DNA of 64,000 nucleotides from Eledone cirrhosa (Eukaryota), in assembly GCA_964016885.1 (NCBI GenBank), contig OZ024740.1, positions 214,830,001 to 214,894,000 on the forward strand, given 5' to 3'. Below, in pieces: positions 27,901 to 45,900 of the stretch. The notes under the pieces were generated by a model. The model searched no databases. It saw only the letters and a program-made list of their open reading frames with translations, and was not told the origin of the DNA. Position numbers and translations under genes: made by a program. The first letter of the stretch is position 1; every line of letters begins with the position of its first letter.

Positions 27901-30900
27901 AACAACAGTACCAACAACAACAACAGTACCAACAACAACAACAGTACCAACAACAACAACAACAGTACCAACAACAACAACAACAACAGTACCAACAACA
28001 ACAACAGTACCAACAACAACAACAGTACCAACAACAACAACAGTACCAACAACAACAACAACAGTACCAACAACAACAACAGTACCAACAACAACAACAA
28101 CAGTAACAACAACAACAACAGTACCAACAACAACAACAACAGTACCAACAACAACAACAACAGTACCAACAACAACAACAACAGTACCAACAACAACAAC
28201 AACAGTACCAACAACAACAACAGTACCAACAACAACAACAGTACCAACAACAACAACAGTACCAACAACAACAACAGTAGCAACAACAACAACAGTACCA
28301 ACAACAACAATAGTACCAACAACAACAACAGTACCAACAACAACAATAGTACCAACAACAACAACAGTACCAACAACAAAAACAGTACCAACAACAACAA
28401 GAGTACCAACAACAGTACCAACAACAACAACAACAGTACCAACAACAACAACAGTACCAACAACAACAACAGTACCAACAACAACAACAACAATACCAAC
28501 AAAAACAACAGTACCAACAACAACAACAGTATCAACAACAACAGTACCAACAACAACAACAACAGTACCAACAGCAACAACAGTACCAACAACAACAACA
28601 GTACCAACAACAACAACAGTACCAACAACAACAACAGTACCAACAACAACAACAACAGTACCAACAACAACAACAGTAGCAACAACAACAACAGTACAAA
28701 CAACAACAACAGTACCAACAACAACAACAGTACCAACAACAACAACAATACTAAAAACAACAACAACAGTACCAACAACAACAACGGTACCAACAACAAC
28801 AACAGTACCAACAACAACAACAACAGTACCAACAACAACAACAGTAGCAACAACAACAGTACCAACAACAACACCAGTACCAACAACAACAACAGTACCA
28901 ACAACAACAACAGTACCAACAACAACAACAGTAGCAACAACAACAGTACCAACAACAACAACAGTACCAACAACAACAACATTACCAACAACAACAACAG
29001 TACCAACAACAACAACAGTACCAACAACAACAACAGTACCAACAACAACAACAGTAGCAACAACAACAACAACAGTACCAACAACAACAACAACAGTACC
29101 AACAACAACAACAGTACCAACAACAACAACAGTACCAACAACAACAACAGTACCAACAACAACAACAACAGTACCAACAACAACAACAGTACCAACAACA
29201 ACAACAGTAGCAACAACAACAACAGTACCAACAACAACAACAGTACCAACAACAACAACAGTACCAACAACAACAACAGTACTAAAAACAACAACAACAG
29301 TACCAACAACAACAACAGTACCAACAACAACAACAGTACCAACAACAACAACAGTACCAACAACAACAACAGTACCAACAACAATAACAGTACCAACAAC
29401 AACAACAGTACCAACAACAACAACAGTACCAACAACAACAACAACAGTACCAACAACAACAACAGTACCAACAACAACAACAACAGTACCAACAACAACA
29501 ACAGTACCAACAACAACAACAGTACCAACAGCAACAGTACCAACAACAACAACAGTACCAACAACAACAACAGTACCAACAACAACAACAGTACCAACAA
29601 CAACAACAGTACCAACAACAACAGTACCAACAACAACAACAGTACCAACAACAACAACAGTACTAAAACAACAACAACAGTACCAACAACAACAACAGTA
29701 CCAACAACAACAACAACAGTACCAACAACAACAACAGTACCAACAACAACAGTATCAACAACAAAAACAGTACCAACAACAACAACAGTACCAACAACAA
29801 CAGTACCAACAACAACAGTACCAACAACAACAACAGTACCAACAACAACAGCAGTACCAACAACAACAGTACCAACAACAACAACAGTACCAACAACAAC
29901 AGCAGTACCAACAACAACAGTACCAACAACAACAACAGTACCAACAACAACAACAGTACCAACAATAACAGTACCAACAACAACAACAGTACCAACAACA
30001 ACAACAGTACCAACAACAACAACAACAGTACCAACAACAGTACCAACAACAGTACCAACAACAACAACAGTACCACCAACAACAACAGTACCAACAACAA
30101 CAGCAGTACCACCAACAACAGTACCAACAACAACAACAGTACCAACAACAACAACAGTACCAACAACAACAACAGTACCAACAACAACCTTACCAACAAC
30201 AACAACAGTACCAACAACAACAACAGTACCAACAACAACAGTACCAACAACAACAACAGTACCAATAACAACAACAGTACCAACAACAACAACAGTACCA
30301 ACAACAACAGTACCAACAACAACAACAGTACCAACAACAACAGTACCAACAACAACAACAGTACCAACAACAACAACAGTACCAACAACAACAACAGCAC
30401 CAACAACAATAGTACCAACAACAACAACAGTACCAACAACAACACTACCAACAGCAACAACAGTACCAACAACAACAACAGTACCAACAACAACAACAGT
30501 ACCAACAACAACAACAGTACCAACAACAACAACCGTAACAACAACAACAACAACAGTACCGACAACAACAACAGTACCAACAACAACAACAGTACCAACA
30601 ACAAGAGTACCAACAACAACAACAGTACCAACAACAGTACCAACAACAACAACAGTAACAACAACAACAACAGTACCAACAACAACCTTACCAACAACAA
30701 CAACAGTACCAACAACAACAACAGTACCAACAACAACAGTACCAACAACAACAACAGTACCAACAACAACAACAGTACCAACAACAACAACAGTACCAAC
30801 AACAAGAGTACCAACAACAACAACAGTACCAACAACAACAGTACCAACAACAACAACAGTACCAACAACAACAACAGTACCAACAACAACAACAGCACCA

Positions 30901-33900
30901 ACAACAACAGTACCAACAACAACAACAGTACCAACAACAACAACAGTACCAACAACAACACTACCAACAACAACAACAGTACCAACAACAACAACAGTAC
31001 CAACAACAACAACAATACCAACAACAACAACAGTACCAACAACAACAACAGTACCAACAACAAGAACAGTAACAACAACAACAACAACAGTACCAACAAC
31101 AACAACAGTACCAACAACAACAACAGTACCAACAACAACAGTACCAACAACAACAACAGTACCAACAACAACACTACCAACAGCAACAACAGTACCAACA
31201 ACAACAACAGTACCAACAACAACAACAGTACCAACAACAACAACAGTACCAACAACAAGAACAGTAACAACAACAACAACAACAGTACCAACAACAACAA
31301 CAACAGTACCAACAACAACAACAGTACCAACAACAACAACAGTACCAACAACAACAACAGTACCAACAACAACAACAACAGTACCAACAACAACAACAGT
31401 ACCAACAACAACAACAGTACCAACAACAACAACAGTACCAACAACAACAACAGTACCAACAACAACAACAGTACCAACAACAACAACAGTACCAACAACA
31501 ACAACAACAGTACCAACAACAACAACAGTACCAACAACAACAACAGTACCAACAACAACAACAGTACCAACAACAACAACAACAGTATCAACAACAACAA
31601 CAACAGTACCAACAACAACAACAACAGTACCAACAACAACAACAGTACCAACAACAACAACAGTACCAACAACAACAACAGTACCAACAACAACAACAAC
31701 AGTACCAACAACAACAACAGTACCAACAACAACAACAGTTCCAACAACAACAACAACAGTACCAACAACAACAACAGTACCAACAACAACAACAGTACCA
31801 ACAACAACAACAACAGTACCAACAACAACAACAGTACCAACAACAACAACAGTACCAACAACAACAACAGTACCAACAACAACAACAGTACCAACAACAA
31901 CAACAGTACCAACAACAACAACAACAGTACCAACAACAACAACAGTACCAACAACAACAAGAGTACCAACAACAACAACAGTACCAACAACAACAACAGT
32001 ACCAACAACAACAACAACAGTACCAACAACAACAACAACAGTACCAACAACAACAACAGTACCAACAACAACAACAGTACCAACAACAACAACAACAGTA
32101 CCAAAAACAACAACAGTACCAAAAACAACAACAGTACCAACAACAACAACAAACGTACCAACAACAACAACAGTACCAACAACAACAACAGTACCAACAA
32201 CAACAACAGTACCAACAACAACAACAGTACCAACAACAACAGTACCAACAACAACAACAGTACCAACAACAACAACAACAGTACCAACAACAACAACAGT
32301 ACCAACAACAACAACAGTACCAACAACAACAACAGTACCAACAACAACAACAACAACAGTACCAACGACAACAACAGTACCAACAACAACAACAGTACCA
32401 ACAACAACAACAACACTACCACCAACAACAACAGTACCAACAACAACAACAGTACCAACAACAACAACAACAGTACCAACAACAACAACAGTACCAACAA
32501 CAACAACAGTACCAACAACAACAACAGTACCAACAACAACAACAGTACCAACAACAACAACAACAGTACCAACAACAACAGTACCAACAACAACAACAGT
32601 ACCAACAACAACAACAGTACCAACAACAACAACAACAACAGTACCAACAACAACAACAACAGTACCAACAACAACAACAGTACCAACAACAACAACAGTA
32701 CCAACAACAACAACAGTACCAACAACAACAACAGTAGCAACAACAACAGTACCAACAACAACAACAACAGTACCAACAACAACAACAGTAGCAACAACAA
32801 CAGTACCAATAACAACAACAGTACCAACAACAACAACAGTACCAACAACAACAACAGTACCAACAACAACAACAGTAGCAACAACAACAGTACCAACAAC
32901 AACAACAGTACCAAAACCAACAACAGTACCAACAACAACAGTACCAACAACAACAACAGTACCAACAACAACAACAGTAGCAACAACAACAGTACCAACA
33001 ACAACAACAACAGTACCAACAACAACAACAGTAGCAACAACAACAGTACCAATAACAACAACAGTACCAACAACAACAACAGTACCAACAACAACAACAG
33101 TATCAACAACAACAACAGTAGCAACAACAACAGTACCAACAACAACAACAGTACCAAAACCAACAACAGTACCAAAACCAACAACAGTACCAACAACAAC
33201 AGTACCAACAACAACAACAGTACCAACAACAACAACAGTAGCAACAACAACAACAGTACCAACAACAACAACAGTAGCAACAACAGCAACAGTACCAACA
33301 ACAACAACAGTACCAACAACAACAACAGTACCAACAACAACAACAGTACCAACAACAACAACAGTACCAACAACAACAACAGTAACAACAACAACAACAG
33401 TACCAACAACAACAACAGTAGCAACAACAACAGTACCAATAACAACAACAGTACCAACAACAACAACAGTACCAACAACAACAACAGTACCAACAACAAC
33501 AACAGTAGCAACAACAACAGTACCAACAACAACAACAGTACCAAAACCAACAACAGTACCAACAACAACAGTACCAACAACAACAACAGTACCAACAACA
33601 ACAACAGTAGCAACAACAACAACAGTACCAACAACAACAACAATAACAACAACAACAGTAACAACAACAGTAACAACAACAACAACAACAGTACCAACAA
33701 CAACAACAGTAGCAACAACAACAACAGTACCAACAACAACAACAGTAACAACAACAACAACAACAACAACAGTACCAACAACAACAACAGTAGCAACAAC
33801 AACAACAGTACCAACAACAACAACTGTACCAACAACAACAACAGTAGCAACAACAACAACAGTACCAACAACAACAACAACAGTACCAACAACAACAACA

Positions 33901-36900
33901 ACAACAGTACCAACAACAACAACGACAGTACCAACAACAACAACAGTACCAACAACAACAACAACAGTACCAACAACAACAACAACAGTACCAACAACAA
34001 CAACAACAACAGTACCAACAACAACAACAGTACCAACAACAACAACAGTACCAACAACAACAACAACAGTACCAACAACAACAACAGTACCAACAACAAC
34101 AACAACAGTAACAACAACAACAACAGTACCAACAACAACAACAACAGTACCAACAACAACAACAACAGTACCAACAACAACAACAACAGTACCAACAACA
34201 ACAACAACAGTACCAACAACAACAACAGTACCAACAACAACATCAGTACCAACAACAACAACAGTACCAACAACAACAACAGTAGCAACAACAACAACAG
34301 TACCAACAACAACAATAGTACCAACAACAACAACAGTACCAACAACAACAATAGTACCAACAACAACAACAGTACCAACAACAAAAACAGTACCAACAAC
34401 AACAAGAGTACCAACAACAGTACCAACAACAACAACAACAGTACCAACAACAACAACAGTACCAACAACAACAACAGTACCAACAACAACAACAACAATA
34501 CCAACAAAAACAACAGTACCAACAACAACAACAGTATCAACAACAACAGTACCAACAACAACAACAACAGTACCAACAGCAACAACAGTACCAACAACAA
34601 CAACAGTACCAACAACAACAACAGTACCAACAACAACAACAGTACCAACAACAACAACAACAGTACCAACAACAACAACAGTAGCAACAACAACAACAGT
34701 ACCAACAACAACAACAGTACCAACAACAACAACAGTACCAACAACAACAACAATACTAAAAACAACAACAACAGTACCAACAACAACAACGGTACCAACA
34801 ACAACAACAGTACCAACAACAACAACAACAGTACCAACAACAACAACAGTAGCAACAACAACAGTACCAACAACAACACCAGTACCAACAACAACAACAG
34901 TACCAACAACAACAACAGTACCAACAACAACAACAGTAGCAACAACAACAGTACCAACAACAACAACAGTACCAACAACAACAACATTACCAACAACAAC
35001 AACAGTACCAACAACAACAACAGTACCAACAACAACAACAGTACCAACAACAACAACAGTAGCAACAACAACAACAACAGTACCAACAACAACAACAACA
35101 GTACCAACAACAACAACAGTACCAACAACAACAACAGTACCAACAACAACAACAGTACCAACAACAACAACAACAGTACCAACAACAACAACAGTACCAA
35201 CAACAACAACAGTAGCAACAACAACAACAGTACCAACAACAACAACAGTACCAACAACAACAACAGTACCAACAACAACAACAGTACTAAAAACAACAAC
35301 AACAGTACCAACAACAACAACAGTACCAACAACAACAACAGTACCAACAACAACAACAGTACCAATAACAACAACAGTACCAACAACAATAACAGTACCA
35401 ACAACAACAACAGTACCAACAACAACAACAGTACCAACAACAACAACAACAGTACCAACAACAACAACAGTAACAACAACAACAACAACAGTACCAACAA
35501 CAACAACAGTACCAACAACAACAACAGTACCAACAGCAACAGTACCAACAACAACAACAGTACCAACAACAACAACAGTACCAACAACAACAACAGTACC
35601 AACAACAACAACAGTACCAACAACAACAGTACCAACAACAACAACAGTACCAACAACAACAACAGTACTAAAACAACAACAACAGTACCAACAACAACAA
35701 CAGTACCAACAACAACAACAACAGTACCAACAACAACAACAGTACCAACAACAACAGTATCAACAACAAAAACAGTACCAACAACAACAACAGTACCAAC
35801 AACAACAGTACCAACAACAACAACAGTACCAACAACAACAGCAGTACCAACAACAACAGTACCAACAACAACAACAGTACCAACAACAACAGCAGTACCA
35901 ACAACAACAGTACCAACAACAACAACAGTACCAACAACAACAGCAGTACCAACAATAACAGTACCAACAACAACAGTACCAACAACAACAACAGTACCAA
36001 CAACAACAACAACAGTACCAACAACAGTACCAACAACAGTACCAACAACAACAACAGTACCACCAACAACAACAGTACCAACAACAACAGCAGTACCACC
36101 AACAACAGTACCAACAACAACAACAGTACCAACAACAACAACAGTACCAACAACAACAACAGTACCAACAACAACCTTACCAACAACAACAACAGTACCA
36201 ACAACAACAACAGTACCAACAACAACAGTACCAACAACAACAACAGTACCAATAACAACAACAGTACCAACAACAACAACAGTACCAACAACAACAGTAC
36301 CAACAACAACAACAGTACCAACAACAACAGTACCAACAACAACAACAGTACCAACAACAACAACAGTACCAACAACAACAACAGCACCAACAACAATAGT
36401 ACCAACAACAACAACAGTACCAACAACAACACTACCAACAGCAACAACAGTACCAACAACAACAACAGTACCAACAACAACAACAGTACCAACAACAACA
36501 ACAGTACCAACAACAACAACCGTAACAACAACAACAACAACAGTACCAACAGCAACAACAGTACCAACAACAACAACAGTACCAACAACAAGAGTACCAA
36601 CAACAACAACAGTACCAACAACAGTACCAACAACAACAACAGTAACAACAACAACAACAGTACCAACAACAACCTTACCAACAACAACAACAGTAGCAAC
36701 AACAACAACAGTACCAACAACAACAGTACCAACAACAACAACAGTACCAACAACAACAACAGTACCAACAACAACAACAGTACCAACAACAAGAGTACCA
36801 ACAACAACAACAGTACCAACAACAACAGTACCAACAACAACAACAGTACCAACAACAACAACAGTACCAACAACAACAACAGCACCAACAACAACAGTAC

Positions 36901-39900
36901 CAACAACAACAACAGTACCAACAACAACACTACCAACAACAACAACAGTACCAACAACAACAACAGTACCAACAACAACAACAATACCAACAACAACAAC
37001 AGTACCAACAACAACAACAGTAACAACAACAAGAACAGTAACAACAACAACAACAACAGTACCAACAACAACAACAGTACCAACAACAACAACAGTACCA
37101 ACAACAACAACAGTACCAACAACAACAGTACCAACAACAACAACAGTACCAACAACAACACTACCAACAGCAACAACAGTACCAACAACAACAACAGTAC
37201 CAACAACAACAACAGTACCAACAACAACAACAGTACCAACAACAAGAACAGTAACAACAACAACAACAACAGTACCAACAATAACAACAGTACCAACAAC
37301 AACAACAGTACCAACAACAACAACAGTACCAACAACAACACTACCAACAGCAACAACAGTACCAACAACAACAACAGTACCAACAACAACAACAGTACCA
37401 ACAACAACAACAGTACCAACAACAACAACAGTACCAACAACAACAACAGTACCAACAACAACAGTACCAACAACAACAACAGTACCAACAACAACAACAC
37501 TACCAACAACAACAACTGTACCAACAACAACAACAGTACCAACAACAACAACAGTACCAACAACAACAACAGTACCAACAACAACAACAGTACCAACAAC
37601 AGTACCAACAACAACAACAGTACCAACAACAACAACAGTACCAACAACAACAACAGTACCACCAACAACAACAGTACCAACAACAACAGCAGTACCACAA
37701 ACAACAGTACCAACAACAACAACAGTACCAACAACAACAACAGTACCAACAACAACCTTAACAACAACAACAACAGTACCAACAACAACAACAGTACCAA
37801 CAACAATAACAGTACCAACAACAACAACAGTACCAACAACAACAACAGTACCAACAACAACAAGAGTACCAACAACAACAACAGTACCAACAACAACAAC
37901 AGTACCAACAACAACAACAACAGTACCAACAACAACAACAACAGTACCAACAACAACAACAGTACCAACAACAACAACAGTACCAACAACAACAACAGTA
38001 CCAACAACAACAACAGTACCAACAACAACAACAGTACCAACAACAACAACAGTAGCAACAACAACAGTACGAACAACAACAACAGTACCAACAACAACAA
38101 CAACAGTACCAACAACAACAACAGTACCAACAACAACAACAGTACCAACAACAACAACAGTAGCAACAACAACAGTACCAACAACAACAACAGTACCAAC
38201 AACAACAACAGTACCAACAACAACAACAGTACCAACAACAACAACAGTAACAACAACAACAGTACCAACAACAACAACAGTACCAATAATAACAACAGTA
38301 CCAACAACAACAGTACCAACAACAACAACAACAGTAGCAACAACAACAACAGTACCAACAACAACAACTGTACCAAGAACAACAACAGTAGCAACAACAA
38401 CAACAGTACCAACAACAACAACAGTAGCAACAACAACAGTAACAACAACAACAACAGTACCAACAAAAACAACAGTACCAACAACAACAACAGTAGCAAC
38501 AACAACAGTAACAACAACAACAACATTACCAACAAAAACAACAGTACCAACAACAACAGTACCAACAACAATAACAGTACCAACAACAACAACAGTTGCA
38601 ACAACAACAGTACCAACAACAACAACAGTACCAACAACAACAACAGTACCAACAACAACAACAGTACCAACAACAACAACAGTACCAACAACAACAACAG
38701 TAGCAACAACAGTACCAACAACAACAACAGTACCAACAACAACAACAGTACCAACAACAACAACAGTACGAACAACAACAACAATACCAACAAAAACAAC
38801 AGTACCAACAACAACAACAGTACCAACAACAACAACAACAGTACCAACAGCAACAACAGTACCAACAACAACAACAACAGTACCAACAGCAACAACAGTA
38901 CCAACAACAACAACAGTACCAACAACAACAGTACCAACAACAACAACAACAGTACCAACAGCAACAACATTACCAACAACAACAACAGTACCAACAACAA
39001 CAACAGTACCAACAACAACATCAACAGTACCACCAACAACAACAGTACCAACAACAACAACAGTACCAACAACAACAACAACAGTACCAACAACAACAAC
39101 AGTACCAACAACAACAACAGTACCAACAACAACAACAACAGTACCAACAACAACAACAGTAGCAACAACAACAACAGTACCAACAACAATAACAGTACCA
39201 ACAACAACAACAGTACCAACAACAACAATACTAAAAACAACAACAACAGTACCAACAACAACAACAGTACCAACAACAACAACAGTAACAACAACAACAG
39301 TACCAACAACAACAACAACAGTACCAACAACAACAACAGTAGCAACAACAACAGTACCAACAACAACAACAGTACCGACAACAACAACAGTACCAACAAC
39401 AACAACAGTACCAACAACAACAACAGTAGCAACAACAACAACAACAGTATCAACAACAACAACAGTACCAACAACAACAACAGTACCAACAACAACAACA
39501 GTACCAACAACAACAACAGTACCAACAACAACAACAGTACCAACAACAACAACAACAGTACCAACAACAACAACAGTACCAACAACAACAACAGTAGCAA
39601 CAACAACAACAGTACGAACAACAACAACAGTACCAACAACAACAACAGTAGCAACAACAACAGTACGAACAACAACAACAGTACCAACAACAACAACAGT
39701 ACCAACAACAACAACAGTAACAACAACAACAGTACAAACAACAACAACAGTACCAACAACAACAACAGTACCAACAACAACAGTACCAACAACAACAACA
39801 ACAGTAGCAACAACAACAACAGTACCAACAACAACAACAGTAGCAACAACAACAGTAACAACAACAACAACAGTACCAACAAAAACAACAGTACCAACAA

Positions 39901-42900
39901 CAACAACAGTAGCAACAACAACAGTAACAACAACAACAACATTACCAACAAAAACAACAGTACCAACAACAACAACAGTACCAACAACAATAACAGTACC
40001 AACAACAACAACAGTTGCAACAACAACAGTACCAACAACAACAACAGTACCAACAACAACAACAGTACCAACAACAACAACAGTACCAACAACAACAACA
40101 GTACCAACAACAACAACAGTACCAACAACAACAACAGTAGCAACAACAGTACCAACAACAACAACAGTAGCAACAACAACAGTACCAACAACAACAACAG
40201 TACCAACAACAACAACAGTACGAACAACAACAACAATACCAACAAAAACAACAGTACCAACAACAACAACAGTACCAACAACAACAGTACCAACAACAAC
40301 AACAACAGTACCAACAGCAACAACAGTACCAACAACAACAACAGTACCAACAGCAACAACAGTACCAACAACAACAACAGTACCAACAACAACAGTACCA
40401 ACAACAACAACAACAACAATACCAACAGCAACAACAGTACCAACAACAACAACAGTACCAACAACAACAACAGTACCAACAACAACAACAACAGTACCAA
40501 CAACAACAACAGTACCAACAACAACAACAGTACCAACAACAACAACAACAGTACCAACAACAACAACAGTACCAACAACAACAACAGTACCAACAACAAC
40601 AACAACAGTACCAACAACAACAACAGTAGCAACAACAACAACAGTACCAACAACAATAACAGTACCAACAACAACAACAGTACCAACAACAACAACAATA
40701 CTAAAAACAACAACAACAGTACCAACAACAACAACAGTACCAACAACAACAACAGTAACAACAACAACAGTACCAACAACAACAACAACAGTACCAACAA
40801 CAACAACAGTAGCAACAACAACAGTACCAACAACAACAACAGTACCGACAACAACAACAGTACCAACAACAACAACAGTACCAACAACAACAACAGTAGC
40901 AACAACAACAGTACCAACAACAACAACAGTACCAACAACAACAACAGTACCAACAACAACAGTACCAACAACAACAACAGTACCAACAACAACAACAGTA
41001 GCAACAACAACAACAACAGTACCAACAACAACAACAACAGTATCAACAACAACAACAGTACCAACAACAACAACAGTACCAACAACAACAACAGTACCAA
41101 CAACAACAACAGTACCAACAACAACAACAGTACCAACAACAACAGTACCAACAACAACAACAGTACCAACAACAACAACAGTACCAACAACAACAACAGT
41201 ACCAACAACAACAACAGTACCAACAACAGTACCAACAACAACAACAGTACCAACAACAACAACAGTACCAACAACAACAACAGTACCACCAACAACAACA
41301 GTACCAACAACAACAGCAGTACCACCAACAACAGTACCAACAACAACAACAGTACCAACAACAACAACAGTACCAACAACAACAACAGTACCAACAACAA
41401 CAACAGTACCAACAACAACAACAGTACCAACAACAACAACAGTACCAACAACAACAACAGTACCAACAACAACAACAACAGTACCAACAACAACAACAGT
41501 ACCAACAACAACAACAGTACCAACAACAACAACAGTACCAACAACAACAACAGTACCAACAACAACAACAACAACAGTACCAACAACAACAACAGTACCA
41601 ACAACAACAACAGTACCAACAACAACAACAGTACCAACAGCAACAGTACCAACAACAACAACAGTACCAACAACAACAACAGTACCAACAACAACAACAG
41701 TACCAACAACAACAACAGTACCAACAACAACAGTACCAACAACAACAACAGTACCAACAACAACAACAGTACTAAAACAACAACAACAGTACCAACAACA
41801 ACAACAGTACCAACAACAACAACAGTACCAACAACAACAGTAACAACAACAACAACAGTACCAACAACAACAACAACAGTACCAACAACAACAGTACCAA
41901 CAACAACAACAGTACCAACAACAACACTACCAACAGCAACAACAGTACCAACAACAACAACAGTACCAACAACAACAACAGTACCAACAACAACAACAGT
42001 ACCAACAACAACAACAGTAACAACAACAACAACAGTAACAACAACAACAACAGTACCAACAACAACAGTACCAACAACAACAACAGTACCAACAACAACA
42101 ACAGTACCAACAACAACAGCAGTACCAACAACAACAGTACCAACAACAACAACAGTACCAACAACAACAGTACCAACAACAACAACAGTACCAACAACAA
42201 CAACAACAGTACCAACAACAACAACAGTACCAACAACAACAGTACCAACAACAACAACAGTACCAACAACAACAGCAGTACCAACAACAACAGTACCAAC
42301 AACAACAACAGTACCAACAACAACAACAGTACCAACAACAACAACAGTACCAACATCAACAACAGTACCAACAACAACAATGATACCAACAACAACAGTA
42401 CCAACAACAACAACAGTACCATCAACGACAGTACCAACAACAACAACAGTACCAACAACAACAACAGTACCAACAACAACAACAGTACCAACAACAACAA
42501 CAGTACCAACAACAACAACAGTACCAACAACAACAGTACCAACAACAACAACAGTACCACCAACAACAACAGCAGTACCAACAAAAACAGTACCAACAAC
42601 AACAACAGTACCAACAACAACAACAGTACCAACAACAACAACAGTACCAACAACAACAACAGTACCAACAACAACAGTACCAACAACAACAACAGTACCA
42701 ACAACAACAACAGTACCAACAACAACAGTACCAACAACAACAACAGTACCAACAACAACAGTACCAACAACAACAACAGTACCAACAACAACAACAGTAC
42801 CAACAACAGTACCAACAACAACAGTACCAACAACAACAGTACCAACAACAACAACAGTACCAACAACAACAACAGTACCAACAACAACAACAGTACCAAC

Positions 42901-45900
42901 AACAACAACAGTACCAACAACAACAGTACCAACAACAACAACAGTACCAACAACAACAATACCAACAACAACAACAGTACCAACAACAACAACAGTACTA
43001 AAACAACAACAACAGTACCAACAACAACAACAGTACCACCAACAACAACAGTACCAACAACAACAGCAGTACCACCAACAACAACAGTACCAACAACAAC
43101 AGCAGTACCACCAACAACAGTACCAACAACAACAACAACAGTACCAACAACAACAACAGTACCAACAACAACAACAGTACCAACAACAACAACATTACCA
43201 ACAACAACAACAACAGTACCAACAACAACAACAGTACCAACAACAACAACAGTACCAACAACAACAACAACAACAGTACCAACAACAACAGCAGTACCAA
43301 CAACAACAACAGTACCAACAACAACAACAGTACCAACAACAACAACAGTAACAACAACAACAACAGTACCAACAACAACCGTACCAACAACAACAACAGT
43401 ACCAACAACAACAACAGTACCAACAACAACAACAGTACCAACAACAACAACAGTAACAACAACAACAACAGTACCAACAACAACCGTACCAACAACAACA
43501 ACAGTACCAACAACAACAACAGTACCAACAACAACAACAGTACCAACAACAACAACAGTACCAACAACAACAACAACAACAGTACCAACAACAACAACAG
43601 TACCAACAACAACAACAGTACCAACAACAACAACAGTACCAACAACAACAACAGTAACAACAACAACAACAGTACCAACAACAACAGTACCAACAACAAC
43701 AACAGTACCAACAACAACAACAGTACCAACAACAACAACAGTACCACCAACAACAACAGTACCAACAACAACAGCAGTACCAACAAAAACAGTACCAACA
43801 ACAACAACAGTACCAACAACAACAACAGTACCAACAACAACAACAGTACCAACAACAATAACAGTACCAACAACAACAGTACCAACAACAACAACAGTAC
43901 CAACAACAACAACAGTACCAACAACAACAGTACCAACAACAACAACAGTACCAACAACAACAGTACCAACAACAACAACAGTACCAACAACAACAACAGT
44001 ACCAACAACAACAACAGTAGCAACAACAACAACAGTAACAACAACAACAACAGTGCCAACAACAACAACAGTACCAACAACAACAGTACCAACAACAACA
44101 ACAGTACCAACAACAACAAGAGTACCAACAACAGTACCAACAACAACAACAGTACCAACAACAACAACAGTACCAACAACAACAACAACAGTACCAACAA
44201 CACCAACAGTACCAACAACAACAACAACAGTACCAACAACAACAACAGTACCAACAACAACAACAGTACCAACAACAACAACAGTACCAACAACAACAAC
44301 AGTACCAACAACAACAGCAGTACCAACAACAACAACAACAGTACCAACAACACCAACAGTACCAACAACAACAACAGTACCAACAACAACAACAGTACCA
44401 ACAACAACAACAGTACCAACAACAACAACAGTACCAACAACAACAACAACAGTACCAACAACAACAACAGTACCAACAACAACAACAGTACCAACAACAA
44501 CAGTACCAACAGCAACAGTACCAACAACAACAACAGTACCAACAACAACAACAGTACCAACAACAACAACAGTACCAACAACAACAACAGTACCAACAAC
44601 AACAACAGTACCAACAACAACAACAGTACCAACAGCAACAGTACCAACAACAACAACAGTACCAACATCAACAACAGTACCAACAACAACAATGATACCA
44701 ACAACAACAGTACCAACAACAACAACAGTACCAACAACAACAACAGTACCAACAACAACAACAGTACCAACAACAACAACAGTACCAACAACAACAGTAC
44801 CAACAACAACAACAGTACCAACAACAACAACAGTACCAACAACAACAACAGTACCAACAACAACAGTACCAACAACAACAACAGTACCACCAACAACAAC
44901 AGTACCAACAACAACAGCAGTACCAACAAAAACAGTACCAACAACAACAACAGTACCAACAACAACAACAGTACCAACAACAACAACAACAGTACCAACA
45001 ACAACAACAGTACCAACAACAACAGTACCAACAACAACAACAGTACCAACAACAACCTTAACAACAACAACAACAGTACCAACAACAACAACAGTACCAA
45101 CAACAACAACAACAGTACCAACAACAACAACAGTACCAACAACAACAACAGTACCAACAACAACAACAGTACCAACAACAACAACAGTACCAACAACAAC
45201 AACATTACCAACAACAACAACAACAGTACCAACAACAACAACAGTACCAACAACAACAACAGTACCAACAACAACAACAACAACAGTACCAACAACAACA
45301 ACAGTACCAACAACAACAACAGTACCAACAACAACAACAGTACCAACAACAACAACAGTACCAACAACAACAACAGTGACAACAACAACAGTACCAACAA
45401 CAACAACAGTACCAACAACAACAACAGTACCAACAACAACAACAGTAACAACAACAACAACAGTACCAACAACAACAGTACCAACAACAACAGTACCAAC
45501 AACAACAACAGTACCACCAACAACAACAGTACCAACAACAACAGCAGTACCAACAAAAACAGTACCAACAACAACAACAGTACCAACAACAACAACAGTA
45601 CCAACAACAACAACAGTACCAACAACAACAACAGTACCAACAACAACAGTACCAACAACAACAACAGTACCAACAACAACAACAGTACCAACAACAACAG
45701 TACCAACAACAACAACAGTACCAACAACAACAGTACCAACAACAACAACAGTACCAACAACAACAACAGTACCAACAATAGTACCAACAACAACAGTACC
45801 AACAACAACAGTACCAACAACAGTACCAACAACAACAACAGTACCAACAACAACAGTACCAACAACAACAATAGTACCAACAACAACAACAGTACCAACA

